A stretch of 64,000 nucleotides of DNA from Octopus vulgaris (Eukaryota), in the NCBI GenBank assembly GCA_951406725.2, contig OX597823.1:26288001-26352000 (forward strand), in the 5' to 3' direction. Under the pieces are notes generated by a model, which was not told the origin of the DNA, made no database searches, and was given only the letters and a program-made list of their open reading frames with translations. Positions 27,336 through 39,794 of this stretch are shown here, one piece after another. A program made the translations under genes and the position numbers. Within the stretch, counting starts at the first letter, position 1, and the number at the start of each line of letters is the position of its first letter.

Positions 27336-27345
27336 GTTACTATTC

Positions 27346-29345
27346 TATAATAATAATAATGAAATTATTGTATACAGTGCTCAGGTGCACCACAACTTGT
27401 CAAAAGTGCGTATAAAGCATATGCAGTAATGTACAAATGTCTGGAAAGCGAACAGTGTATGAATAAGATACATGCTTGCGTGTGTATGGAGGGGAGAAAA
27501 TCAGGTGTAGTGTTGGTGAATCTCAGAAAGCATGGAAGTTTTGAAGGATGCAGTGCTCTAACAAGTAACAACTGATGCTGGCAGTTTGTTCCATACTTCA
27601 GCAACTCTTAGCGTGAAAAAAATGTTTCTGAAAGTCACAGGAGCTGTGCTGTTCTCTGACTTTGTAAACATGTCCACAGATGTTAGACAGGTGGAGTTTG
27701 AAAAGGTGCTCAGAGTTATTGTTTGTAAGTTTCAATGTATCCATGCCCAGAGAAGTAAGGCATTCAGAATATGGCAGATGCCTGATGGAGGGTATTCTCT
27801 TGGTGAACGGCTTCCAGATGATTAATATCCTGGGCAAGATAGGGGTTCCAGACTGGTGATGCAAATTCCAGGTGAGGCCACACCATAGCTATATAATGCC
27901 TCAGATAGATAGCCGGAGAGACTTGGTGAGTGATGCCAAGACACCCTCAGCCTTCTTGGCAACTTTAGCAATGTGTTTTGTCCAACGCAAATCACTGTCG
28001 ACAATAATGCCCAGGTCACGTTCACAAGAAGACTTTTTGAGATTAGTGTTGTGGAGGGAGTAAGTAGACGCTGGGTTTTTCCTCCCAAAATGCATGGTAG
28101 TACATTTGTCCACAGCCAGTTTGAGTTGCCAGTCCTGCATTGTGTCCAGGTCTGATTGCAATAGAGATCTATAGTGTACAGGATCTGACCTCTTTACTTT
28201 GAGGTACAGCTTGATGTCATCTGCATATTTCAGCACTGTGGCATTCTTTAAGTTGGCACCTATGTCATTAACATATGCAACAAATAAAAGGGGGCCAAGA
28301 ACAAATCACTGTGGTACACCAGATGTCATCTCATAGAGTGAAGAGTGCTGTCCTAGAACTGTAATAACTTTTTTTTGGCCAATAATGAAGGACTTCAACC
28401 AGTTATAGAGATCGTCTCTTACACCCATTGCAGAGAGTTTCACCATAAGTCTTTTGTGTGGCACAGAATTAAAAGCCTTAGCAAAGTCCAGGTAAACAAC
28501 ATCCACCCAGGATCCACAATCAGTGATTCGGGTAATGTCCTCAAGAAACTCGATGAGTTGATTACAGCAGCTGGAGTTAGGAATAAATCCAAATTGTGAC
28601 AGCTGGACGAGGCTGTGAGACTTCCAGAAGTTCCAGAGGGTTTCTGTGACACAGGATTCCATCAGTTTGGTGATGCAGCTAGTAAGACTAATGGAGCGAT
28701 AGTTGACAGGCAATGTGCGGTCAACTTTTTTGAACAGAGGGATAAAACTGGCAGTTTTCCACTGTTCTGGAGTAACACCATTGTCAAGACAGAATTGAAA
28801 GAATAGTGAAAATTGGTTTAGAAGAAAGTACCCACCGTGTTTAAGAAGTAGGTATGTTACACCATCGAGACCAGGAGAGGCATAGTTTTGTTTATTCTTA
28901 AGGTGGCGTTGTAGCATTGCTGGTGTAAATTTCATAGTAGTTATAGAGTCTGGTGTCAGAGGTGATGGAGATGGAACATTTTGATCTTCAACAGTAAAGA
29001 TGCCTGCACAGCATCCAGCAATGATTTCTGCACATTCTTTGGGATTGCCAGTAATCTGCCCTGTGTGGGGATTGCGAAGGGGACCAACTGGAGAGTGAGG
29101 TCTCTGCTTTGAGTGTACATACTTCCAGAACACTTTGCTGTCAGGGTTGGTTGCTATGCGCTGTTCAAATTCAAACACTGCCTTTTTTGTCACCTGCTTG
29201 AGATGGTTGGCTGATCTATTGCACTTTTTCCTGTTGATCTCTGATTTGTGCAATTTGTATTCCTGTTCAGCATTACGGCATTCTTTCCTGGCAAGTCGGA
29301 CTGCTGCAGTCTCCCAAACTGCACTATTCATGCAGAATAATCCCC
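27346..29345 (-). mobile_element. 5'-truncated CR1/L2-group LINE with disrupted RT ORF
   Basis: ORF 28306-29331 (SPGLDG, NYRSISLTS, QFGF, VYLDFAKAFNSVPH, SGVPQ*) continues as LGPLLF..YVNDI...KYADDIKLY and ERDLGIIVD; (TTA)n-like tail near 27346-27360. Confidence 0.92.
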
Positions 29346-30681
29346 TGGTGTATTATATCTCTACCCTTTTATCGTTATACTTAATTAGCATTACCACTCT
29401 CCTACTGTCTCTACATGTACTTGAGTAACCAACTGATGTGGATATGCTTTTTGTTGAGGGAACTCTAGTAAGATCAAAATGTGTCCATTACTATCACCAG
29501 TTGCCTTTAATCTGTCAGCATCTATGGTCCTCTTTTTAAGTTCACAAGAATAATTATTGATATTTCACCAACAATTGTATTTTAATGAGATATATGTAAT
29601 TAATCAAAAAGATTAGAGTGTCTTTTAAAAATTATACCCATATTTTGTTGAACATTAGCAATGCTGTTGCCTCAACTTTCAATGAAGCACCAAAATCTTG
29701 AAGGGAAGGACACACAGTTTCATATCTATTTTTTTATTCAAAAACTTATGAGATAAGTAGTACTTATATCCAGACCATATTTGTATGTAGAATAAATGAA
29801 TGTTCTGGTTGTCCTTTAAAGTCAAGTAAAACATGTAACGTAATTTTGCTCTGATATAGGATGCTCTGATAGTAAGGACTAAAGTCACAAGGACACCTTA
29901 CTTTCCATTTTCTTTCATGATGATGATGGTGATGATGATTGTATATAGGATAAAATGATCTGCACAGGCAAACTATTTTGTATTGAAAATTTTTAATTTA
30001 ATTATATGATGAACTGAAGCATCAAAATACCTGTTTAATAGGGTAAAATATTTTATTTACATTTTCTTTAATTTTTAGTTTCCATTTAAAAAGTGTTTCA
30101 AAACATTGCTTAAAATAAATGTGCTGCTGGTCTTCCCATTGGGGAATGTTTCAACAAAAGGCATTTAAAGTAATATGTATTTCATTTGGATTAGTAAATA
30201 AAAATGGTTAACTTTTTCTTTTTTGACTCATTTGTCAATCATTTTAAAATAAGAATTCTATTTCAAGACTCTTGTTTCTTGAATAAAAGTGACCCATTTC
30301 TCCATGGTCCATAAAAAAGACCAAATATAAAGTTATTTTTCATAAAATATTATGATAAAGGCAGTGCTTCAGCATAGCTGCAGTCAAATGACTGAAACAA
30401 ATAAAAGAATATAGTATTAAATAATGGTGAAAAAACGGTTTTTAAGAAAAGAAATTTGAGGAAAAAGGTCTCCGGAAAAAAAACTGGAGATAAGATCCAC
30501 TCCTAACTGCATAGTCTTAAATTTTCTAAATATTTACATAATCTAATATTACTGGAGTTACTCCTCTTGCTACTGTTGTAGAACATTTGTAGAAGGAATT
30601 TTTTTCTTCTAATTGAAAAGATAATCTCAGTTAATTGCAGTTCTTAGCTTACTATATTGCATATATGAACATTATATATAT

Positions 30682-30969
30682 AATTGCAGCATGGAAGGTG
30701 TTTATAAGCCATTTAAAACACACACAAAAGCCATTACATTCACTTCAACATTTGAATTTAATTTGTGTCAAATTATTTTCATCACTTTGAAACTGCAACA
30801 TAGTCACTGACAAAATTTCATGCAGCACGGAATTTTATCAGTGAATAGGTTGTGGTTTCAAAGTGATGAAAATATTTAGACACAAATTAAATTCAAATGT
30901 TGAAGTTAATGTAATGGTTTTTTGTGCTTTTTTTTTAAATGGCTTATAAACACCTTCCATACTGCAATT
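30682..30969. repeat. ~290-bp fold-back palindrome
   Basis: aattgcagcatggaaggtgtttataagccatttaaaa... mirrors ...tttaaatggcttataaacaccttccatactgcaatt, centred near 30824. Confidence 0.92.
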
Positions 30970-31092
30970 GTTTTTGTTTCAGCACATGATCTCAGATCAA
31001 GTCACTTGCTATGCAAGTACATCTTTGTAATATATATATATATATATGTATGTATATAAATGAGTAAATATTTGAATGAATATTCATAAAGA

Positions 31093-31132
<40 letters not shown>

Positions 31133-31305
31133 GTCAGCATGGAAAGCGGACGTTAAATGATGGTGATGATGATGATGATGATGATCAGTAATGGATATAT
31201 AAATAATTAATAATAATAACAATAATATTAGTGGCCAGCAAGCAATACTGTTGTTAATCAATAAAATTTTATGATTAATAAATAACTATAATAGAAGGTA
31301 CACAA

Positions 31306-31561
31306 AGTACCAGCTTGCTAGAAATAAGAGTTAAGACACTCAAACAAACCACCAAACTCACTGAAAATGATAACAGACCGACAGAAATCAGGCTAATGAG
31401 CAGAGAAAATTCAACATTTTAACTCAGCTGAAAGCTGTAGAATTAGGTAATAGATCTATTACTTAATTCTACAGCTTTCAGCTGAGATAAAATGTTGAAT
31501 TTTCAGTGAGTTTGGTGGTTTGTTTGAGTATTTCAACTCTTATTTCTAGCAAGCTGGTACT
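31306..31561. repeat. Spacerless fold-back palindrome
   Basis: agtaccagcttgctagaaataagag... mirrors ...ctcttatttctagcaagctggtact; centre taataga|tctatta at 31454/31455; the left arm has ~40 extra bases. Confidence 0.92.
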
Positions 31562-31750
31562 CTAAATTCCATTTCATATGTATTTTTATATTTTCGATGG
31601 TGATCTTTTCAAAGTATGTAAATGCTTTTGCAAATAAACATACAGATCATCTCAGAAGCTCCAGGAAACTTTGAGGTTATCCACATGCACTCAGCTCTGA
31701 CTGCACTGCAGCTTTTATCAGAAACAGGTGTAAGCTAATGAAGTTGATTA

Positions 31751-32652
31751 CCGTAAATCCTCGAGTATAATCCGCATTTTCCCACCAAAATTTAGAGGTC
31801 AAAATCCCTAGTGTGTACTATACAAGAAGTTAAAAATGAAAAATATTTTCAAAGCAACGTCTGAGTCTCTATTTGCTGTCCAGTAATGTTTATTCAGATG
31901 CATTTTGTGATGTCGGGTGCAAAAATCCCTTAAGCTAAGCCTGAAAGCAATGAAGTCATAAAAGAATCATCCATAACTTGCAGTAAGCAGCATTTATTAA
32001 AATAAAAGTATTCATAACACAGAATAACATGTAACAAAAACAATTTGCAAACATATTTACATTCCCATATAACAGTTAAGAACATCACCATTATTGTATT
32101 ATGCATGCGTGGAAGTGTTTGTTCGACTTGGTGCTGCTGGCTTAATTACACACAAATTGTGCTTTATAGTTTAGCGCTAAATAGTTCATCCTGCTGTTTG
32201 TATTGGCAGTTTGAATCATTACCGTGGCAAACAATAGATACTTAATTAAATACCAGTATTAAATGTTTGAACTACTGTAGGTCTTTACTAGGGTTTTTTA
32301 TAAGTGGGACTTAAACCTGTACACTAATCTCCAATAAAACATTTTATACATTACATGCCCATGAAATGCCCCATAGACCATATTTGGCTATATTTAAACT
32401 TGTAGTTATATCATATGCTGAAGAGCATGGTAATAGGGTGGTCGGAAGAAAATTTTAAAAGCTACACGTTTGCATTAATTTATATATACAATAATAATAA
32501 ATGACGTTACCATATACATTTTTATAAACCAAGGACTTTATATAGACCTCTTTGACTCAAGTTAGAGAAGGTTTAGGTTTTTCAGAGTTACAGCCCCCTA
32601 AAAAACCCCTGCATATTATACTCAAGGGCGGACTATACTTGAGGATTTACGA
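31751..32652. mobile_element. Non-autonomous pogo/Tigger-like DNA transposon
   Basis: TA|CCGTAAATCCTCGAGTATAATCCGC ... GCGGACTATACTTGAGGATTTACGA|TA terminal inverted repeats with TA duplication. Confidence 0.8.
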
Positions 32653-32812
32653 TATGTAATTCTTGTTTCTTTGTCATTTATTTAATTTATATATATATCC
32701 CACGACATGGTACCTTGGGCAAATGTCTTCTACTATAGCCCCGGACCGACCAAAGCCTTGTGAGTGGATTTGGTAGACGGAAACTAAAAGAAGCCCTTCA
32801 TGTATATATATG

Positions 32813-32849
<37 letters not shown>

Positions 32850-33059
32850 GTTTGTGTGTCAGTGTTTGTCCCCTCAAAATCACTTGACAACCGATGCTGG
32901 TGTGTTTACATCCCCATAACTTAGCAGTTCAGCAAAAGAGACCAATAGAATAAGTACTAGGCTTACAAAGAATAAGTCCTGGGGTTGATTTGGTCGACTA
33001 AAGGCGGTGCTCCAACATGGCCACAGTCAAATGACTGAATCAAGTAAAAGAGTAAAAGA

Positions 33060-33113
<54 letters not shown>

Positions 33114-33220
33114 TATATATATTATTATGTATATATATATAAAAAAAATAAAAAAAAATAAAATATATATATATATACATATGCATACATACATGTTTAT
33201 ATATATACAACATGTTTATA

Positions 33221-34102
33221 TTTCTTTCCACACAATTTTCAGAAAAAAAGATATCTTTTAATTAAATTTTCTACAAATGCGCTTCAAAGAACGAAGATTC
33301 CAATAATATTAGAATTTGTAATGAAAAATTCTAATATATATATATAAGGAATGAGCCTTCACGCATCTTGCATTCTTCATTCAATAAGACAATTAGTAAT
33401 GGAATGCAAGTAACAATCACAGTAGGTCTGAACATATGCCCCATGTGCTGGTTTTTTTTTATGCATGCCCCTTATGTTGGCATACCTACACTACTGTGCC
33501 CCCCACCGATGTTGTTTCCTCAAACGAAGATTCCAATGATATTAGAATTAGTAATGAAAAATTTTTTCCCGAGGGTGGGATAGAGTTTCGGAAAATTCAC
33601 ACAAATCAGCTTTGTTTCCTCATAACTTTCAGGAAAATGGGTAATTTTTCTTGAGATTTTCTACAGATACTTTTCTGAGTGTTTAGATTACGATCGTATC
33701 TGAATATAATATGAAGGAAAAAATGTGGTGGGCTGGTACACATACATATTGAAACATCAAATATGCATACAAAATGAAACTTGAAATTTTGGAAAAAACC
33801 CCAAAAATCTGTTATGTGTATCAGTATAATTGTGTACAAGTCCACCTATTCATTTCCAATATAATCGTAATCTATAGGCTTTGGTAGGCATTTGTAGAAG
33901 ATTTCATTAAAAAAATACCCACTTATCTTAAAGATATAAGGAATCAAAGCTAACTCATGTGAATTTTCCGAAACTCCTCCACCCATGGAAAAAACAAATG
34001 ACTACAAATTCCGATGTAATTGGAATTTACACCATCTGAAGCATATTTGTAGAAAATTTTATTTTAAAATATTCATTTTTCTGGAAATAATGAGGAAACA
34101 AA
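33221..34102. mobile_element. Long imperfect inverted-repeat (foldback/MITE-like) element just upstream of FDX2
   Basis: 33221-33286 mirrors 34036-34102; about 33530-33670 mirrors 33888-34025; 33290-33330 is directly repeated at 33522-33562. Confidence 0.65.
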
Positions 34103-34219
34103 GTTGGTGGGAGGTCACACTTGTATAGGTAAACCCTCATTTCATCAGGATCATAAGTGATAGTGGTTAAACAGGATAAGGGAAGTAACTCTAATTGTTG
34201 CACCAAGTTGCGTAGAAAA

Positions 34220-34373
34220 ATGTTGAAGATGGCGCAGACTCTACGAAGTTATTCTCGAGTTTTGTGGTCGAAGTTAGCATACAAACACGCGGTTGGAGCT
34301 GCTAATTCATTAACCACACGATCAAATAGAACTATGTTACATTCATCTACTAGACATTTCGTTGCACCGTCAG
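34220..34373 (+). CDS. FDX2: Ferredoxin-2 exon 1 (mitochondrial targeting peptide)
   Basis: MLKMAQTLRSYSRVLWSKLAYKHAVGAANSLTTRSNRTMLHSSTRHFVAPS is R/K/S/T-rich with no acidic residues; donor CAG|gtttag in phase 1 fits exon 2. Alternative ATG at 34229. Confidence 0.75.
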
Positions 34374-34887
34374 GTTTAGTATTAAATTTCCTTTTCCTTT
34401 CGATGTAATATACATCGATTTCTTAGAAACGTGTATTTACGGTTTAACATGTTCGATGTTTCGTTCTTGTTTATTACTTGTTCGCGTTAATCGTGTAAAT
34501 TATTTCTCTTATATCTCACACAATTTCTCTTCGACCAGTTCCCTCTTCTGTCTCTCCAGCAGTTGTTCCAATGCATGCATCTAAATTAAGGACAATTTCT
34601 ATTTTTGTAGGACGAAAATAAAGCTCTCAAGCGTTATCATTTTTATCTAATTATGTAACATCAGTTTTTTAGAACACGAGTACAAAGCCTCAAATTTATT
34701 ATTCAGTGGGGGAAAATGTGTCCCTTACACTTTTTCCAAGAACATTTCAAGTGATAAGAGTTAATTCGTTGCCCGGTTTAACACCTCCACTTGATCCTCA
34801 GGTGCCCTTAGAGGTGTTCATTCTCTTTCAAAGTATTCAAGCCAGGCCTCTAATTTGAGGGTAACTCCCTCTATCCTAAGAGTCATT

Positions 34888-35182
34888 GGAGGCACATGGC
34901 CTAGTGGTTGGAGCAGCGGACTCGCGGTCGAGGGATCGCGGGTTCGAATCTCAGACCGGACGATGTGTGTGTTTATGAGCGAAACACCTAAGCTCCACGC
35001 GGCTCCGGCAGAAGGTTATGGCGAAACTTCGGCTGACTCTTTCGCCACAACTTTCTCTCACTCTTTCCTCCTGTATCTTGCAGCTCACCTGCAATGGACC
35101 GGCGTCCCGTCCAGGTGGGGAACCTATACGCCAAGAAACCGGCCCTTATGAGCCAGGCATGGCTCGAGAAGGAACAAACAAC
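34888..35182 (+). mobile_element. Young tRNA-derived SINE with Meta/V-like central domain
   Basis: Box A TGGCCTAGTGG, box B GGTTCGAATC, cctgcaatggaccggcgtcccgtccagg core, 10-bp TSD AAGAGTCATT (34878-34887, 35183-35192), CpGs retained. Confidence 0.85.
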
Positions 35183-35370
35183 AAGAGTCATTAGCATTGT
35201 CCTTGATTCCCTGACTAAACAGTAATATATGTATATACACGCGCACGCAACTGAGCTGAGATGAAGTTGTTTCTAAGAGAGTTTAAGTAGTGTTGCCGAA
35301 CATGCTTGTTTGTTTATTATTGTTGCACGTTTGTTTACATTTTTTATTTTAAAATCAAAATAAATCTCGG

Positions 35371-35440
35371 CATTCCTTCAATTTGACTCGACGAGACCAA
35401 AACAAAACCTCGGTTATTTCCGAGTCAAATCGAAGGAATG
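35371..35440. other. 70-nt hairpin with 20-bp stem in FDX2 intron 1
   Basis: cattccttcaatttgactcg pairs with cgagtcaaatcgaaggaatg (one mismatch). Confidence 0.75.
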
Positions 35441-35587
35441 ACTAAATTTCAAAGGAAGGAGTAAAAACAAGGTGCGTTTGATACAGATTTAATATATAAA
35501 GATATATAACTTTACTACAGATATCTAAATTTAAATCTAGGTAGTGTCTTTTACCTTTCAATGTATAACTTGCAATTCGTATGTGCG

Positions 35588-35638
<51 letters not shown>

Positions 35639-35790
35639 GATCTTTCGGTATAGGTACACACGTGACATTGTTTACATTTCTGAAGATTACAGAAACCCTT
35701 TTCTTCCCCCCTACCCACCATATATAAAAAAACACTTTTTTGAAATGTATCTTCCGGAAGTACACCGGTACTTATACCGTAAGATTGCCA

Positions 35791-36791
35791 TCTTTATATA
35801 TATAAAACTGAGAATGTGTGTATGTCTGTCTGTGTGTGTGTTTCCCTAAAACTTGAGAACTACACAACCAATTTCATTCAAATGTTACACATGCCTTACT
35901 TAGGGTCCGGGGAGTGTCATCGGCAAAAAAAATTTTAAACTTTTTGCCTAGGGCGAGCCCACAGCAATATCATATCTTCTCCACTATTTCAGTATTACGT
36001 GTTAAAAGTGAAACAAAAACGTTTCTCTATTTTATGTCAGATACTTTCACTTTAACAATAAAAATGATAATAACAATTGAATTATATGTTGTAAGTAATA
36101 TTTAAAATCAAAATAAAGTAACATAACAAAAGTAAAAATAGCAATTGGTATAAAATTGCATCAATGATTAGAACTTGAATAAGTGGTTTCACATGAATGG
36201 GAATAAATTAAAAATAAAATTAGCATGGTCCAGATGGATAATAAAAAATTAAATTAAAGAAAAGACTATTGTCTATAAAGTATACAATGTAGAGAAAAAA
36301 GAAGATTTGAACACATGGAGGAAAGCACCTTCGAAAAGTGTCTTGGTGTGACTATGAAAGTTATTTAATCAGAGGCGGTAAATTCGCCACAATAGAAGCA
36401 AGGTTCGAGTCAACGGAGCGTGCAAGGGAGTACTCGACTCGAACTTGCAAAGTGGAAATATTTTATTTTTACCTTTATATCTGGGATGTAGGACGTCCCG
36501 GAAAAAAATTTTAAATGCCCCCCCCTCCCCCGAAGTAGAGGTAGGCTGGATTGTAGCCACACTTCTATACAAGAGGGAGGACAAGATACATTTGATCGAA
36601 ATTACAAGAGACGGGCTAACAATTCCAGTCTGTTATATATTTTGAGTATTGTTATCACTAGCGATATCAAGATATAACTTTGTATTTTGCATTTTATGTG
36701 TAGATGTATATATATAGATGTATATGTAATATGTACACATATATACATGCACTAGCACTATGACCCAGCAATGACGGGTCTTTAATGCTAG
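35791..36791 (+). mobile_element. Probable non-autonomous Helitron
   Basis: A|TCTTTATATATATAAAA 5' end; 3' GACCC..GGGTC hairpin followed by CTAG|T; no TSD. Confidence 0.55.
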
Positions 36792-37299
36792 TATATTCTA
36801 AAATAGAAATGTTATAATTTCTAAATCTCTAAAGGAGAGATACAGCAGCAGTACTGAGTATTAATATTTACTGCCAAACTGACGTGGCAGTCCATAGAAA
36901 TAGGACGAGTGCTTCTTTTGATTAGTTTGGCAATAAATATTGATATATACTTTCTTTTATTCTTTTACATGTTTCAGTAATTTGACTGTGGCCATACTAG
37001 AGCACCGCCTTTAGTCGAACAAATCGACCCCGGGACTTATTCTTTGTAAGCCTAGTACTTATTTTATCGAACTCTTTTACCGAACTGCTAAGTTATGGGG
37101 GACATAAACACACCAACATCAGTTGTCAAGTGGCTGTACTGTAGATAAACTGTCTCTTTATAAAAGGCTACATGGTCACAACTTGAACATCTTTGGTCAT
37201 AGCTCTTCTTGGTCAGGACTGACTTGGGGCTAATCAACAACTTCTTTAACAACATTTAATCATCTAACATGGTGATTTTTAGTGTTTTCTCTGTTTCAG

Positions 37300-37354
37300 C
37301 TCAATTGTTATCTGGGGAATATGAAATGACCGATCCAATATGTGAGGAAGAAGT
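37300..37354 (+). CDS. FDX2: Ferredoxin-2 exon 2
   Basis: tttcag|C TCA...GAAGT|gtaagt; encodes (A)QLLSGEYEMTDPICEEE(V), like the GEYE..DP...EV segment of invertebrate Fdx2; phases 1 to 2 fit the neighbouring exons. Confidence 0.85.
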
Positions 37355-37408
37355 GTAAGTTATTTTTTTCACAGTTCAGTCACTCAACTTACTATTATAG
37401 TTGTTTAA

Positions 37409-37820
37409 CCCTTTATTATTCAGGGTTTTTTTTGTCAAATGTATTGCTTATTTATTCACATTCATCATCATCATCGTTTAACGTCCGCTAGCATGGGTTG
37501 GACGGTTCAACTGGGGTCTGGGAAGCCCAAAGGCTGCACCAGGCCAGTCAGATCTGGCAGTGTTTCTACAGCTGGATACCCTTCCTAATGCCAACCACTC
37601 CGTGAGTGTAGTGGGTGCTTTTTATGTGCCACCGACACAGGTGCCAGACAAGGCTTTGAATTAATCCCACAATATTTTGTAGCTTCAAGATTTTAATGAT
37701 GTGTTTGTATATTTTTAGAATGACATTGTAGGGTAGGTGTGAAAGATTGGATCAGGTCTGTTTTAATGTAAAACAGGTAGAATATATGGGCTAGATATAG
37801 CTGGATTACATGCTAAAGGG
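37409..37820. mobile_element. TTAA-flanked MITE carrying an inserted SINE fragment
   Basis: TTAA|CCCTTTA ... TAAAGGG|TTAA; SINE piece at about 37462-37655; a related copy in reverse orientation at about 50604-50795. Confidence 0.7.
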
Positions 37821-38039
37821 TTAATCATGTCAGTCCTAATCCTCAAATCAGAAGTTCTTTAACCTGGGTGGTGGTATGCTTATGGACGCACTGTCTGAAC
37901 ACACAAAGAGGAAGTAAATATCAACAGGGTGTTATGAGGGTGCCAAGTGTTTACATCGAGTTGCGATATTTTTTTCTTAGAGATAAAATACTTATATTTT
38001 AAACACACTAAAAGCAAAATCTTTGTTAGAATTAAACTA

Positions 38040-39432
38040 TAAGGTTGTTTCACATGAAATGTTGTATTTGAAAGGTAGCAATAAAATGTTTCAGAAGTGT
38101 TAGAGAACTGATTTATTTAATCAAAGTATGGTCCATGTTTATTTATGACATTTACCCAACATTTCTCTATGTCATATATTCCATCTTTAAAAAAAAAAAT
38201 TCATCTGTTGTTGTGATAAACTGTCTTCTCTATTTAAGAATGTTTTATTGCTTATGAAAAGCTCAAAATGCTTAAATAAATGATGATCAGTAAGAGAGAT
38301 ATCAGAGAAATAGGGAGGATGTTGCAAAATCTCATAATTCAGGCTTTACAACTTTTGGATTGTAGCTTGAGGAGTGTGAGGACATGCATTGTTGTGGAGC
38401 AAAATTGGGCCATCTCTATTCACTAGTCTGGGTTGCTTCTTTTTCAAATTCTCATGCAAACAATCAATTTCCTGACAATACGATGTTGTTGTTACCATTT
38501 TTCCTTGTTGCAAAAATGAATAATGAATAACTCCCTTCGCAGACCACCATACTGTGACCACTAACTTTTTAGGATGCAATGGTGGGTTTGGGTAGTGTTT
38601 ACTCTCCTGCATCTAATCACAGTCCTGTTCTGCTGTTGTCAAAGAGTATCCATTTCTCATCACAAGTAATGATTTGATGCAAAAATGGTCTTTTTCCAGC
38701 CGAGAAAGCAATAAGGAGCATACTTTGAGGTGTCTGTGTTTTTTTAATCTCAAGATGTTTGGAGTTCTGATGAAAGTTTCAAGCCTTTGTTCTCAGATTT
38801 TGTTCAACCAAAGCATTTAATCCATCATGCCAAATAACTGATTTTGGCCTACCCCTTGGTTTATTTTTAAGGCTATCATCTTCTTGAACAAGAGCTTTGG
38901 AACTATCTCTGAACAGTTCTGATGTCAACAAAACCGTTACCAAAGGCCCGCTTGATATTCCATAGAGCTTCTGCAGCAGAGTGACCCAGTTTGTACTCAT
39001 ATGAGAAACTCACTCAACATAGTTTGGTTGTTATCATTTTCATAAGGGCTGTGGGTACAAATTTTGTATACCAATATTGTTGGGAAAGGCAAGCTGGCTG
39101 AAACGTTAGCATGCCAGGCGAAATGCTTAGCGGTATTTCGTCTGCCGTTACGTTCTGAGTTCAAATTCCGCCGAGGCCGACTTTGCCTTTCATCCTTTCG
39201 GGGTTGATTAAATAAGTACCAGTTATGCACTGGGGTCAATGTAATCGACTTAATCCCTTTGTCTGTCCTTGTTTGTCCCCTCTATGTTTAGCCCCCTGTG
39301 GGTAATAAAGAAATAAATATTGTTGGGAAAGAAAAAGAGTCAAGATTAAATGCAAGGTATACATAATTGAGTTTTTAAATAACTGTAATAACAAGTAATT
39401 AAAAATACGGTATTTCATGTGAAACAACCTAA
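38040..39432 (-). mobile_element. Defective mariner element with both TIRs
   Basis: TA|TAAGGTTGTTTCACATGAAAT ... ATTTCATGTGAAACAACCTAA|TA; broken transposase with PRGRP, ITCDEKWI, LHPKKLVVTVWWS, LLHNNACPH and HPPY motifs. Confidence 0.9.
39089..39315 (+). mobile_element. tRNA-derived SINE (Nin-domain-like core) inserted in the mariner
   Basis: GAGTTCAAATTCC box B, gcctttcatcctttcggggttgat core, 16-bp TSD AATATTGTTGGGAAAG (39073-39088, 39316-39331). Confidence 0.9.
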
Positions 39433-39578
39433 TATAAATAAGACATTGTATTATTAGTGTGTGGAAACCTGTCTGATGGTACACCAAGATCCATTGTAAT
39501 TACATTATATAAGTATTTGCCTTATTTTGTAATGTCCATAAAAATTTAACATTGGAGGCATTAATCTATACAAATATC

Positions 39579-39794
39579 CTTTTCTACTCTAGGCACAAGG
39601 CCTGAAATTTTTGGGGAGGGGGCTAGTCGATTAGATTGACCCCAGTATACAACTGGTACTTAATTTAGCGACCCCGAAAGGATGAAAGGCAAAGTCGGCC
39701 TTAGCAGAATTTGAATTCAGAACATAAAGACAGACGAAATACTACTAAGCATTTCAACTGGCATGCTAACGTTTCTGCCAGCTTGCCACCTTAC
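39579..39794 (-). mobile_element. SINE with the same head, opposite orientation
   Basis: 16-bp TSD AATCTATACAAATATC (39563-39578, 39795-39810); other copies at about 11600-11830, 12465-12675, 21455-21650 and 22965-23160. Confidence 0.9.

Noticed and set aside
34888-34960. tRNA-like sequence (also at 41540-41625 and 51115-51185)
   Set aside because: Boxes A and B are present but there is no closed acceptor stem, and each continues into a SINE body; these are SINE heads, not tRNA genes.
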